A DNA stretch of 64,000 bases from Methanocorpusculum sp. (GTDB lineage Archaea; Halobacteriota; Methanomicrobia; Methanomicrobiales; Methanocorpusculaceae). The notes beneath the pieces are model-generated. The model was not told the origin of the DNA. It saw nothing but the letters and a program-made list of their open reading frames with translations, and did not search any database. Location of the stretch: positions 3,296 through 67,295 of the forward strand of contig JAYFOG010000005.1 in NCBI GenBank assembly GCA_034932965.1. Direction: 5' to 3'. The translations under genes were made by a program, and so were the position numbers. Shown here in pieces: positions 10,278 to 19,094 of the stretch. Position 1 is the stretch's first letter. Each line of letters opens with the position of its first letter.

Positions 10278-11171
10278 TTAATTTCTTCTGTAACTCTCCT
10301 CGATCAGTGTCTTTGCCCTCTCCAGGCCCACCTTATTAAAGACAACGACCTCTAAATCCCCTGTGCCCCAATGTCCTATATTCCGTACATCTCTGGTAAC
10401 ACCCTCCTCTAAATCGAAATCATCCGGGTTAAGTTTGAGATACAGAACAATATTTTTGTTTCTCAGTTCAATGCAGACAAAATTTTTGATCTTCTTGAAC
10501 GCAAGATACAATTTTTTCTCATGTTCGGTGATATCATCCCCAAGAGTTCGTGTGTAGTCAGCAAGTTCCTCATAAAGTTCCCGAAGTTCGGGTCTGAGGG
10601 TGTTTTTCATATCTGTAAAGGTTTTGTCGGAGCCGTGTCCACGTGTTTTTATCCCATTAATCTTCACCGGTGTCGATGTTTTCGAATAGACCTGTTCAAA
10701 GAGAATAAGATCGTCGGCAAATACTCTATATCGTATAAGGTCGATATTTCGGTCTATCTGGTTAACTGCATGAACATCATATTTAGTAAAGTCGGCAGCC
10801 ACACAAATGAGTCTCGGCGATGATTCATCAATCTGAGAAACCTGTTTTTCCCCGAGTTTCTTCCTGACAAGCTCCCGGATATCCGCTTTGTGATCAACGA
10901 GCCAGTCCAAATAAAAGAGACCCTGATTAATGACGTTTTCATTGATCGAACGTTTGTATTCAAAAATCACCGGGAGATTATTCTCATCAAGCCCAAGGGA
11001 GTCTATTCTCCCTCCATTTGAAGTTGTATACTCCGAATAAAGAAATCTTACCCCAAAAAAGGTATCCATATTTTCTTCAATCAGTGTTTGAAGTTTTCTC
11101 TCCAATTCGACCTGTTTTGAGGACAGTTCTTTAACAATTGGAGTTATTCGATAGAGTTCCAGCTTGCTCAT
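10278..11171 (-). CDS. NucS-like PD-(D/E)XK nuclease with C-terminal DUF5655
   Basis: GRIDSLGLD..PVIFEYK..VINQGLFY nuclease motif and C-terminal RDVRNIGHWGTGDLEV. More AT-rich than the flanks. Confidence 0.8.
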   Translation of the reverse strand: MSKLELYRITPIVKELSSKQVELERKLQTLIEENMDTFFGVRFLYSEYTTSNGGRIDSLGLDENNLPVIFEYKRSINENVINQGLFYLDWLVDHKADIRELVRKKLGEKQVSQIDESSPRLICVAADFTKYDVHAVNQIDRNIDLIRYRVFADDLILFEQVYSKTSTPVKINGIKTRGHGSDKTFTDMKNTLRPELRELYEELADYTRTLGDDITEHEKKLYLAFKKIKNFVCIELRNKNIVLYLKLNPDDFDLEEGVTRDVRNIGHWGTGDLEVVVFNKVGLERAKTLIEESYRRN

Positions 11172-11277
11172 GATGAATAATGGTTAATTGACAGGGAAAA
11201 ACGATATAGATGTCGATGAAAAAAACTCCCAAAAATCCCATACTCATAAACCCCTTCGGATCATGCAAAAACCTCCC

Positions 11278-11348
11278 AGTCGCAAATCTAACGATTTGAT
11301 CGCAAGGCAAAGCCTTGCTTGGCTGAGGTCGTCCGCTTTCAGCGTCCA
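11278..11348. repeat. Nested palindromic repeat plus GGCTGAGGTCGTCCGCTTTCAGCGTCCA motif
   Basis: AGTCGCAAATCT..GATTTG matches 26393. The 28-bp motif is 27/28 identical to 59389-59416. Confidence 0.75.
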
Positions 11349-11357
11349 ACCCGCCTT

Positions 11358-11909
11358 TTCCACTCGAAAACCGCAATTTCGATTCCATTTTGATTCATCT
11401 CAAACCAATTTTCACCCGCATTTTTCGATCAAAACCAGTGCTCAAAATAAAAATACGCCGTTTCCTGCCGATTTGACAAAAAATCACACTCATCATATAT
11501 AAATCATGCACACGTGCGATAAAAAAACGATAACCGGTAAAAAATATCCTCCTTACGGACGGAAAATATTATATACTACTTTTTTTTGCAAAGCAATTCT
11601 CTCTCTCTCTCTCTCTTCTGTACTGTACATAGTAATAATAATAAGAGACCACACGTGTGAAAAAAAAGTGATTGATGAGAGATTTTTTTTGCGTCCGTAA
11701 ATACTTACGGACGGACCGAATTTTACCCCCCCATACAGATTTTTTATCGCACGTCTGCTGCATTTATATATGATGATCTATCCAAAAGCCCAAATCGCCG
11801 GCATTCGGCGTATTTTCTAAAAGACAGGGGTTTTGTGCTGCTCAGAACTGCTCAAAACATCCTTGAAAAAGCTCAGTTTCCAATCGAAACCCTGGTTTTC
11901 TACTGGAAC
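11358..11909. other. Candidate replication origin: inverted arms, AT-rich core, ORB-like boxes
   Basis: Imperfect 77-bp inverted repeat 11450-11526 / 11740-11816; three TTACGGACG copies; (CT)9; ORB-like boxes at 11358, 11878 and 11895-11909 (minus strand). Confidence 0.5.
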
Positions 11910-11978
11910 CTGATCATTTTTTGAAACCCGACCCTCACCTGCATTCGAACCGAAATTAAAAAAAGAGAAGAGAATTGA

Positions 11979-13220
11979 TCAGTCGGTCGACATCGCTTCG
12001 ACCGGGTTGAGATTGGCTGCTTTCCATGCCGGATAGAGACCGGAGATCAGGCAGACGATCAGCCCGATAAGAATACCGATCGGCACATACACAAGAACTG
12101 CCGGTGTCAGCATCGCATCAAGCGATCCGATCATCCCAAGCAGCATCACCGGCGCTGCGATCAGCGCGAGCAGCGTGCCGGCAATGGCTCCGATCAGACC
12201 GATCAGCCCCGCTTCATAGAGGAACATCTGCAGGATCTGACTCCGGTAGGTCCCGATACTCCGGAGAATACCGACCTCTCTCGTCCGCTCCTTCACGCTC
12301 ATCAGCATCACATTCGTAATGGCCACTGCTGCGACCAGCAGAGAGATACCGCTGATGATCGTTGTAAAGATGCTGGACATGGACATGATCTCATCGAAGA
12401 CCTCCATGATCTCATAGGAGTTCAGGATATAGACCGTATCATCCGAATCCTTGTCCTTCTTACCGTTCATCTTCTTCTCGATCGCGTCATCTATCGGGGT
12501 CAGTTCTGTAGGATCATAGGCCTTGACGATGACCTTGTCATACAGCCCGTGATTATCACCGACAAGTCCGGTGTACCACTCGATCGATCCGACGACCGCA
12601 CTGCTTGTGGAGAATCCCAAGGTCATCATCCCGGTATCCTCTAAGATCCCGACGACCCTGGACGTGACCTCCTGACCGGCCGAGTTCAGCATGATCATCC
12701 TGCTCCCTATACGGAGATTATTATCCTCGGCAAACTGCTCGCCCACGACAACATTGGTCGAACCGCGCGGAAGTGTTCCCTGGATCAGGGTAGTGATCTT
12801 CTCAAGATCCTGTGAATCCATACCGGATATCGAGGCCATCGCCATTTCTTTGCCGATATACACGTACTTCGTCGACGAGTACATCGGGATGAACTCATAC
12901 TCTTTGGTCACGGACTTGACCGCTGATTCGATATCTCTCAGATCCTTTGCGGAGAAACCCGACGTCGTCGTTCCGTCGATCACCTTTTCACCGACCGGCG
13001 AGATCGTCAGGGTATCTGCCGTGTCGGAGATCATCGAGTTCATCTCCTCGGTAAATCCGGCGCTGATCATTCCCATCCCGCAGATGGCAAACACCCCGAT
13101 CACGATACCGATCATCGAAAGGATGGTCCGAAACTTATTCAGTTTCAGATTCCTGACCGCCAGTGAAAGGATCATCGGCGAGTAGATCTTCTGCCAGAGC
13201 GATTTTTTCTCTTCACTCAT
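11979..13220 (-). CDS. ABC transporter permease (MacB/FtsX type)
   Basis: RTILSMIGIVIGV, ITNVMLMSVKERTREVGILRSIG, YPAWKAANLNPVEA motifs. Confidence 0.92.
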   Translation of the reverse strand: MSEEKKSLWQKIYSPMILSLAVRNLKLNKFRTILSMIGIVIGVFAICGMGMISAGFTEEMNSMISDTADTLTISPVGEKVIDGTTTSGFSAKDLRDIESAVKSVTKEYEFIPMYSSTKYVYIGKEMAMASISGMDSQDLEKITTLIQGTLPRGSTNVVVGEQFAEDNNLRIGSRMIMLNSAGQEVTSRVVGILEDTGMMTLGFSTSSAVVGSIEWYTGLVGDNHGLYDKVIVKAYDPTELTPIDDAIEKKMNGKKDKDSDDTVYILNSYEIMEVFDEIMSMSSIFTTIISGISLLVAAVAITNVMLMSVKERTREVGILRSIGTYRSQILQMFLYEAGLIGLIGAIAGTLLALIAAPVMLLGMIGSLDAMLTPAVLVYVPIGILIGLIVCLISGLYPAWKAANLNPVEAMSTD

Positions 13221-13893
13221 TGACGATCTCACCATCCCTGATGATCACTATGCGTTCGGCGTATTCAGCCGTTTTCGGGTCATGGGTCACCATGACGACC
13301 GTTCTCCCTTGAGAATGCAATTCAGTGAGTATATCCATGATCTGATTACTCATTTTTGAATCGAGATTTCCGGTCGGTTCATCGCACAAAAGAAACGTCG
13401 GATCGTTTGCAAGAGCCCGTGCTATGGAAACTCTCTGCTGCTGGCCGCCGGAAAGTTCGTACGGCGTGTGCTGCATCTGGCCGTCGGTCAGTCCGACCAT
13501 TCTTAGAAGATCTCTGGTCCGTGTCGTCGTGTCCTTGTGCCCGTGTTTTAAGATCAGCGGATACTCGACGTTTTCATATGCCGTTAACAGACTGATCAGG
13601 TTGAACTTCTGAAAGATGAAGCCGATCGTCTCTCTTCGGTGCAGGGTCAGTTCATCGTCCGTCATCTCAGACGTCGACTTTCCGTTGATCTTTATCTCCC
13701 CGGATGTAGGCACATCCAGGCAGCCGATCATGTTCATCAGTGTGGATTTGCCTGAACCTGACGGTCCCATGATGGCCACAAATTCTCCTTTCTGAATGGA
13801 GAAGTCTACGTGGTTTAATGCATGGACGTCGCCTGCCGGCATCGGGTATATTTTGGAGACGTCATGCAGTTCGACCACCGGGATCGGATTCAT
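13213..13893 (-). CDS. ABC transporter ATP-binding protein (LolD/MacB type)
   Basis: [26 protein letters not shown] motifs. Confidence 0.95.
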   Translation of the reverse strand: MNPIPVVELHDVSKIYPMPAGDVHALNHVDFSIQKGEFVAIMGPSGSGKSTLMNMIGCLDVPTSGEIKINGKSTSEMTDDELTLHRRETIGFIFQKFNLISLLTAYENVEYPLILKHGHKDTTTRTRDLLRMVGLTDGQMQHTPYELSGGQQQRVSIARALANDPTFLLCDEPTGNLDSKMSNQIMDILTELHSQGRTVVMVTHDPKTAEYAERIVIIRDGEIVNE

Positions 13894-13896
13894 GGC

Positions 13897-15072
13897 TTAC
13901 TTCCGCGCAAATATTTTCCCTTTCTTCCAGGCGGCAAATCCGCCGGCAAGAATGATAAGTATCACAACAACGATCAGAACGGCAGCGACCGGGTTCGATT
14001 CGCCGGTGTTTTGTGATTCAGTGACCGCAGAGGAGATCGCTACGTCCTGCTTTTGCGTATAGGTGTTTCCGTTGACATCTTTATAGGTAAAGACCAGGGT
14101 CACTTTCCCGTCGGCAGGGCTGCTGAAGGTTACTTCAAACTCGGAGAGTCCGTCTTCATCCAGGGATCCGACAACATAGGAGGGGTAAAGACCGGTTTTC
14201 GTCGCGCCTTCGGTGGTGACAACGAGCGCCTTTGCAGTCGTAAGTCCCGCGTTGTTCACATCGCCGATGACCGTATAGTAGCTTCCGGTGTTTTTCACTT
14301 CGATGTTGTTGACGATGAGTTCGGCTCCGGTTTTTGAGACGCCGGACTCAAGAGGGATAGTGATGCTCCCGGTATGCCAGGCAGCACCGTTTCTATATCT
14401 GACATCGAAGGTGACCTCTTTCGTTTCTGCAGTGGTCGAGACGCTTAAGGTCCCGTTTGCTGCTTTGTTCGCATCGATCGTTCCAAGGAAGAGGGAGGTC
14501 TGTTTGGAGGTGACGCCTGCTCCGGATGCGGTGATTTCGACCGCCTCGATCGCGTTGGTCCGAAGGTTGCCGATCGTGAGAGCGACGGTCTGTGTGGTGT
14601 CCGGCTCAAAGACGTCGGGGCGTCCCGTCACCGAGATCGCGATGCTCTTATCATCAACGATGACTGCGAAGGGGTATTTCAGATAATTGCCGCTGTTTCC
14701 GTCGAAATCGACATACAGGACCGGATAGAAGGTCCCGGTTTTTCCCGTCGAAGTGACCGGCAGCGATAACGTGAACGTATCGCCCGCGCCGACTCCCCCG
14801 ATCGGGTTCTGATAGGGGGTCACGGTCGATTTGATCCCGTCAGAGTCTTTGATAAAGATCTGATTGACCGGAACGAATGTGCTGCCGGTGTTTCGAAGCG
14901 TTACGGTAATGATTCCGGAATCACCCGGCATCAGGGACTGCGGATACATGGAGAAATCGGTGATGACAAAGGTGGACTGGTTTGCAGCCGATACCGCCCC
15001 TGTGCCGGAGAGGATCAGAGCGCAGATGATACATGCTGCGATGAGTATACGTCGAAGATTATTTCTGTTCAT
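13897..15072 (-). CDS. COG1361 S-layer-like Ig-fold membrane-anchored protein
   Basis: Signal peptide, beta-rich CARDB-like repeats and a C-terminal TM with basic tail. Typical partner of MacB-type ABC genes in methanogens. Confidence 0.75.
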   Translation of the reverse strand: MNRNNLRRILIAACIICALILSGTGAVSAANQSTFVITDFSMYPQSLMPGDSGIITVTLRNTGSTFVPVNQIFIKDSDGIKSTVTPYQNPIGGVGAGDTFTLSLPVTSTGKTGTFYPVLYVDFDGNSGNYLKYPFAVIVDDKSIAISVTGRPDVFEPDTTQTVALTIGNLRTNAIEAVEITASGAGVTSKQTSLFLGTIDANKAANGTLSVSTTAETKEVTFDVRYRNGAAWHTGSITIPLESGVSKTGAELIVNNIEVKNTGSYYTVIGDVNNAGLTTAKALVVTTEGATKTGLYPSYVVGSLDEDGLSEFEVTFSSPADGKVTLVFTYKDVNGNTYTQKQDVAISSAVTESQNTGESNPVAAVLIVVVILIILAGGFAAWKKGKIFARK

Positions 15073-15326
15073 GAAAGACCTTGAGCTATTTTTGTTCTTA
15101 ATAAATTGTGGGCGGGGGGATAAATAGTTTCCATGTCTTTTTCTCATCTGTCAGTGTATATAGGTTTTTCAGAAAAATCTGCGGATATTTCCGGAAAAAT
15201 CCTCATCAGCGCTTTGACCGGTATTGAAATGCCGTCTGGCGTGCATGCCGGAAAGCTAATATATCCATGTGAGACTAATGAACATCATGTCAGAATGACT
15301 GGCGTGAAATTTGTGTGGTGATATTC

Positions 15327-16031
15327 ATGAGTGAAATGGTACAAAAAACGATTCGGTACAGAGTTGGAATAATCGGCGGAACCGGCAATATCGGTGAGGG
15401 GCTTGCCCGCCGCATATGTATCGGCGGGAAGTATGATGTCTCACTTGGATCACGCGATCCGATCAAAGCGGCGACCGCTGCCGACGGCGTGACCTGCTGT
15501 CTGGCCGAGCGCAAATGCGAGATCGGCGGGATATGCAGCGGCGGAACGAATGCAAGCGTGTGTGATGCCGACATCATCATCTTATCAGTGCCATTCGACA
15601 AGGTCGAGTCGACGATCGAGACGATCGGAAAGTCCGCGTTCGAAAACAAGATCGTGGTCTCGCTGATCAATCCGATGCTCCGCTTCCCCAAAGAAAAGTA
15701 CTTCCTGCCTGACCGTCCGGCGGAAGGTTCGGCAGCTCTCGCGATCCAAAAGATGCTGCCGGCATCTGCAAAACTCACCACCGCCTTCAACAATGTTGCT
15801 TCCGGCAAATGGATGGAGCTTGATGAGGAGCTTGACTACTCGGTCTGTGTGTGTGGAGATGACGAGGAGGCAAAACGGATCGTGATGGAGCTTGTCGCGA
15901 GCGTGTCAAAACTCGTTCCTCTGGATGCGGGTCCGCTTGCGTGTGCAGCGACGATCGAGAGCATCACGCCTCTTGTCATTACTCTTGCCATGAGAAACGG
16001 GCTCAAAGACGTCGGCGTGTACTTTAAGTAA
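15327..16031 (+). CDS. fno: F420-dependent NADP oxidoreductase
   Basis: IIGGTGNIGEGLA, GSRD, AFNNV, DAGPL motifs (NpdG family). Confidence 0.88.
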   Translation: MSEMVQKTIRYRVGIIGGTGNIGEGLARRICIGGKYDVSLGSRDPIKAATAADGVTCCLAERKCEIGGICSGGTNASVCDADIIILSVPFDKVESTIETIGKSAFENKIVVSLINPMLRFPKEKYFLPDRPAEGSAALAIQKMLPASAKLTTAFNNVASGKWMELDEELDYSVCVCGDDEEAKRIVMELVASVSKLVPLDAGPLACAATIESITPLVITLAMRNGLKDVGVYFK

Positions 16032-16109
16032 CGATTTATTCCCATCTGAAAAACCCCCTCCGGATGACCGGCCGATAACCCCCGGCCATCCGGGAGAGAT
16101 GATCCGATC

Positions 16110-16733
16110 ATGTCGAAAAATCTGCAAAACGATATCCTCACCCCTGACTCAGGACCCAGAGACCGGAGATTTATGAAAACGGAACGGGCCATCCGCTGCG
16201 CTTTTATCGATCTTGTCGCTGAAAAAGGATTTGATGAACTGTCAGTGAAGGATATCGTCGATGCCGCCGATATCGGCCGGGGGACCTTTTATCTGCATTA
16301 CAAAGACAAGTATGATCTTCTGGAGTCGTTTGAAAACCAGATCGGCAGCGATCTGCGGGAGATCATCAGAGGAGAGGTGTTTCCGCTGACGGAAGGCCGG
16401 ACGCTGACGAAAACAGTCGTGGCGCTGTTTGCGTACTTTGAAGAAAATATTCAGGTGCTTCGGGCGCTTTTCGGCGAGAAGGGATCATGTTCGTTTCAGA
16501 CACGTCTCAAAGAGCGGCTCTGGCATGATGTTTTTGCGGAAAAACTGGTTACCGTGGCTTTGCAGGATAGTTTTTCCGTCCCGCTCGATTATCTGCTTGC
16601 CTACATCAACGCATCGCATTTCAATGTGTTTCTGACCTGGATCCAGAAAGAGGATCAGGAACGCGAGTCTCCTGAAGAGATCGCCAGGATCATTTTAAAA
16701 ATAAGTCTGCTTTCGCCTTACCGGATGAGATGA
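16110..16733 (+). CDS. TetR/AcrR family transcriptional regulator
   Basis: KGFDELSVKDIVDAADIGRGTFYLHYKDKYDLL helix-turn-helix. Confidence 0.92.
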   Translation: MSKNLQNDILTPDSGPRDRRFMKTERAIRCAFIDLVAEKGFDELSVKDIVDAADIGRGTFYLHYKDKYDLLESFENQIGSDLREIIRGEVFPLTEGRTLTKTVVALFAYFEENIQVLRALFGEKGSCSFQTRLKERLWHDVFAEKLVTVALQDSFSVPLDYLLAYINASHFNVFLTWIQKEDQERESPEEIARIILKISLLSPYRMR

Positions 16734-17152
16734 TATCTGGGCGCAAGCCCGGTTTTTTCAAAAGCGCGGGCGACCTCCGTCTCCGGCGGTTCAGTTCTGC
16801 AGAACAGGTGCGAGTCGCAAAAACAGTCGGAACACCCGAAGTTTGCTACGCTGTCTCCTCCGATATTTTTGGCAAGAATGCACTCGAGCCGTTCTTTTGT
16901 TTCAGCACAGAAGACGCCGGTGAGCGTGATGTCACCGGCTGCCATCAGGTAATCGATGTGCCATTTCGGTTTTCGGTACTGTTCATGATAGAACCTGATG
17001 TGCCGTTTGACCCGCGAAAGCCCGCCGGAGCCAAGCGCCGAACCTGCATACAGATACCAGCCTTTTTTGAATTCCCTGGGTCCAAGTGCGCCGATCGTGA
17101 CGGTGCACGGCTTAACGCATTCAAGGATCAGACAGTAGATTCCTTTATCCAT
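16718..17152 (-). CDS. DUF123 / GIY-YIG nuclease family protein
   Basis: KGIYCL, YLYAGSA, WHIDYL, FGCSDCFCDSHLF motifs. Confidence 0.85.
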   Translation of the reverse strand: MDKGIYCLILECVKPCTVTIGALGPREFKKGWYLYAGSALGSGGLSRVKRHIRFYHEQYRKPKWHIDYLMAAGDITLTGVFCAETKERLECILAKNIGGDSVANFGCSDCFCDSHLFCRTEPPETEVARAFEKTGLAPRYHLIR

Positions 17153-17747
17153 ACTGTTGTACAAAATGCTTCGACAAAAGGACATGGCGTTTTGCATCCG
17201 TCACGACCGGCATATCATGTCCGGGCCAAAGCGAGTTCACCGGAAGTTCTGCGAGCCGGGAGATCGAGCTGATCAGTTCCTCTCTGTTTCCGGTCGGCAG
17301 ATCGAAGCGGCCGAAGGACCCTTCCGGAAAGATCGTGTCCCCTGAGATCAGCGCCCCGTCCGATTCCCGAAAAAGGCTGATGCTTCCGTGCGTATGTCCC
17401 GGGGTGTGGTATACCCTGAACCCGCCGACGGTGTCGCCGTCTTTTAAGATCTTTGCCGGATACGCTGTCGGGCGTTCTCCGAACTGGTTCGAGAGGCTGA
17501 TCCGCGGATCCGATAAGAACGGCAGATCATACTCGCCGATCATGACCTCTGCACTGCAGAGCTTTGCAAGCTCCAAAAGATTTGCCGTGTGATCGAAGTG
17601 TCCGTGGGTCAGAACGATCGTATCGATCTGCTCTCTGTAAGGATATACAGCGTCCGCTGATACGGCTGCATCAACTAAAATACTGCCGGCAACATAGGAG
17701 TTCGCCCGCCACCCGGTGCCCGAAAGCCAGATTATTGATTCGCTCAT
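17145..17747 (-). CDS. MBL-fold metallo-hydrolase
   Basis: THGHFDH, HTPGHT, SGD, PGH motifs. Confidence 0.92.
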   Translation of the reverse strand: MSESIIWLSGTGWRANSYVAGSILVDAAVSADAVYPYREQIDTIVLTHGHFDHTANLLELAKLCSAEVMIGEYDLPFLSDPRISLSNQFGERPTAYPAKILKDGDTVGGFRVYHTPGHTHGSISLFRESDGALISGDTIFPEGSFGRFDLPTGNREELISSISRLAELPVNSLWPGHDMPVVTDAKRHVLLSKHFVQQYG

Positions 17748-17828
17748 ACTTCTGATATCTTCTCCCGCCTGATTTAACTTTCTTTGTATAACCTATAATG
17801 CAAACGGAAACCAAATAGGTACATACCT

Positions 17829-19094
17829 ATGCACTCCATCATCCAGAACTGTCTGCACGGAGATATATCCGGCGTAGTCGAGGCTGCACGATCCGAGGGA
17901 ATGACGCCGGAGGCCCTTTCCAGAAATATCATCGCAGGCCGGACCATTCTTCTGAAAAATGAGGCACGTGAATACAGACCCTGTGCGATCGGCGAAGGCA
18001 CCTCCGTCAAGATAAATGTGAATATCGGAACATCCGGCGTGACCTGCGATCCGGCAAAGGAGATGATGAAAGCCCGGGCCGCGATCGACAACGGCGCCGA
18101 TGCGATCATGGATCTCTCGACCGGCGGGGATCTTCCATCAATGAGGAAAGAGATCCTGAAACTCGGGATTCCGGTCGGGACCGTTCCGATCTACGAAGCG
18201 GTCCGGCGGGCAGGAAACGTTGTCAACCTGACATCCGATATTCTGTTTTCCGTGATCCTTGATCAGGCAAAACAGGGCGTTGATTTCATGACGCTTCACT
18301 GCGGGGTGAATCTGGAGGTTCTGGATGCCCTGACCCTTGACCCGCGGGTGATGGGAGTTGTTTCCCGGGGCGGATCGTTCCATACGGCGATGATGCTTTC
18401 AAGCGGCGAGGAAAATCCGCTCTATAAAGAGTATGATTATCTTCTCGAGATCCTTGACGAATACGATATCACGCTTTCTCTTGGAGATGGTATGCGGCCC
18501 GGAGCCTACGTCGATTCAATGAAACTTGCCAAATCCCAGGAGTATCTGACGCTTGGCAAACTTGCCAGACGCGCCAAAGACAAAGGGGTCCAGCGGATGA
18601 TCGAAGGGCCGGGGCACATGGACTACAACGAGATCCCCTACAATGTGAAAATGATCAAGGAGATCACGGATTTCGCCCCCCTGTATCTTTTAGGTCCGCT
18701 GGTGACGGATATCGCTCCGGGATATGATCACATCACGGCTGCGATCGGCGGAGCAGCGGCCGCGTGTGCCGGGGCTGATTTCCTGTGCATGGTTTCCCCG
18801 TCGGAGCATCTGGCTTTGCCAAATGTCGACGACATCATCGAGGGGACCCGGGTCTGCAAAGTTGCCGCCCATGTCGGCGATCTCTCGCGCCGCAGGGAGA
18901 CCGAGCTTCCCCGTCAGGAGAAGATGGCGCGGGCCCGCAAAAATCTCGACTGGCAGGCGCAGTATGATCTTTCGCTGTTTGGCGAACATGCAGAAAAGAT
19001 CCATGAACGGGACGGGGCATGTGAGACCTGTTCGATGTGCGGAGACCTTTGCGCGATAAAGATCGTGGAAAAAGCTCTTGAAAAAAAGATCTAA
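17829..19094 (+). CDS. thiC: Phosphomethylpyrimidine synthase (ThiC family)
   Basis: KINVNIGTS, MDLSTGG, GTVPIYE, SRGGS, EGPGH, CSMCGDLC motifs. The BzaA/B paralog family is not excluded. Confidence 0.88.
   Translation: MHSIIQNCLHGDISGVVEAARSEGMTPEALSRNIIAGRTILLKNEAREYRPCAIGEGTSVKINVNIGTSGVTCDPAKEMMKARAAIDNGADAIMDLSTGGDLPSMRKEILKLGIPVGTVPIYEAVRRAGNVVNLTSDILFSVILDQAKQGVDFMTLHCGVNLEVLDALTLDPRVMGVVSRGGSFHTAMMLSSGEENPLYKEYDYLLEILDEYDITLSLGDGMRPGAYVDSMKLAKSQEYLTLGKLARRAKDKGVQRMIEGPGHMDYNEIPYNVKMIKEITDFAPLYLLGPLVTDIAPGYDHITAAIGGAAAACAGADFLCMVSPSEHLALPNVDDIIEGTRVCKVAAHVGDLSRRRETELPRQEKMARARKNLDWQAQYDLSLFGEHAEKIHERDGACETCSMCGDLCAIKIVEKALEKKI

Noticed and set aside
11188-11763. Short ORFs over the symmetric locus
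   Set aside because: Low-complexity translations of repeat DNA; the region is better explained as non-coding.
17748-17828. TPP riboswitch upstream of thiC
   Set aside because: Only about 80 bp of AT-rich divergent promoter, with no aptamer core recognisable.
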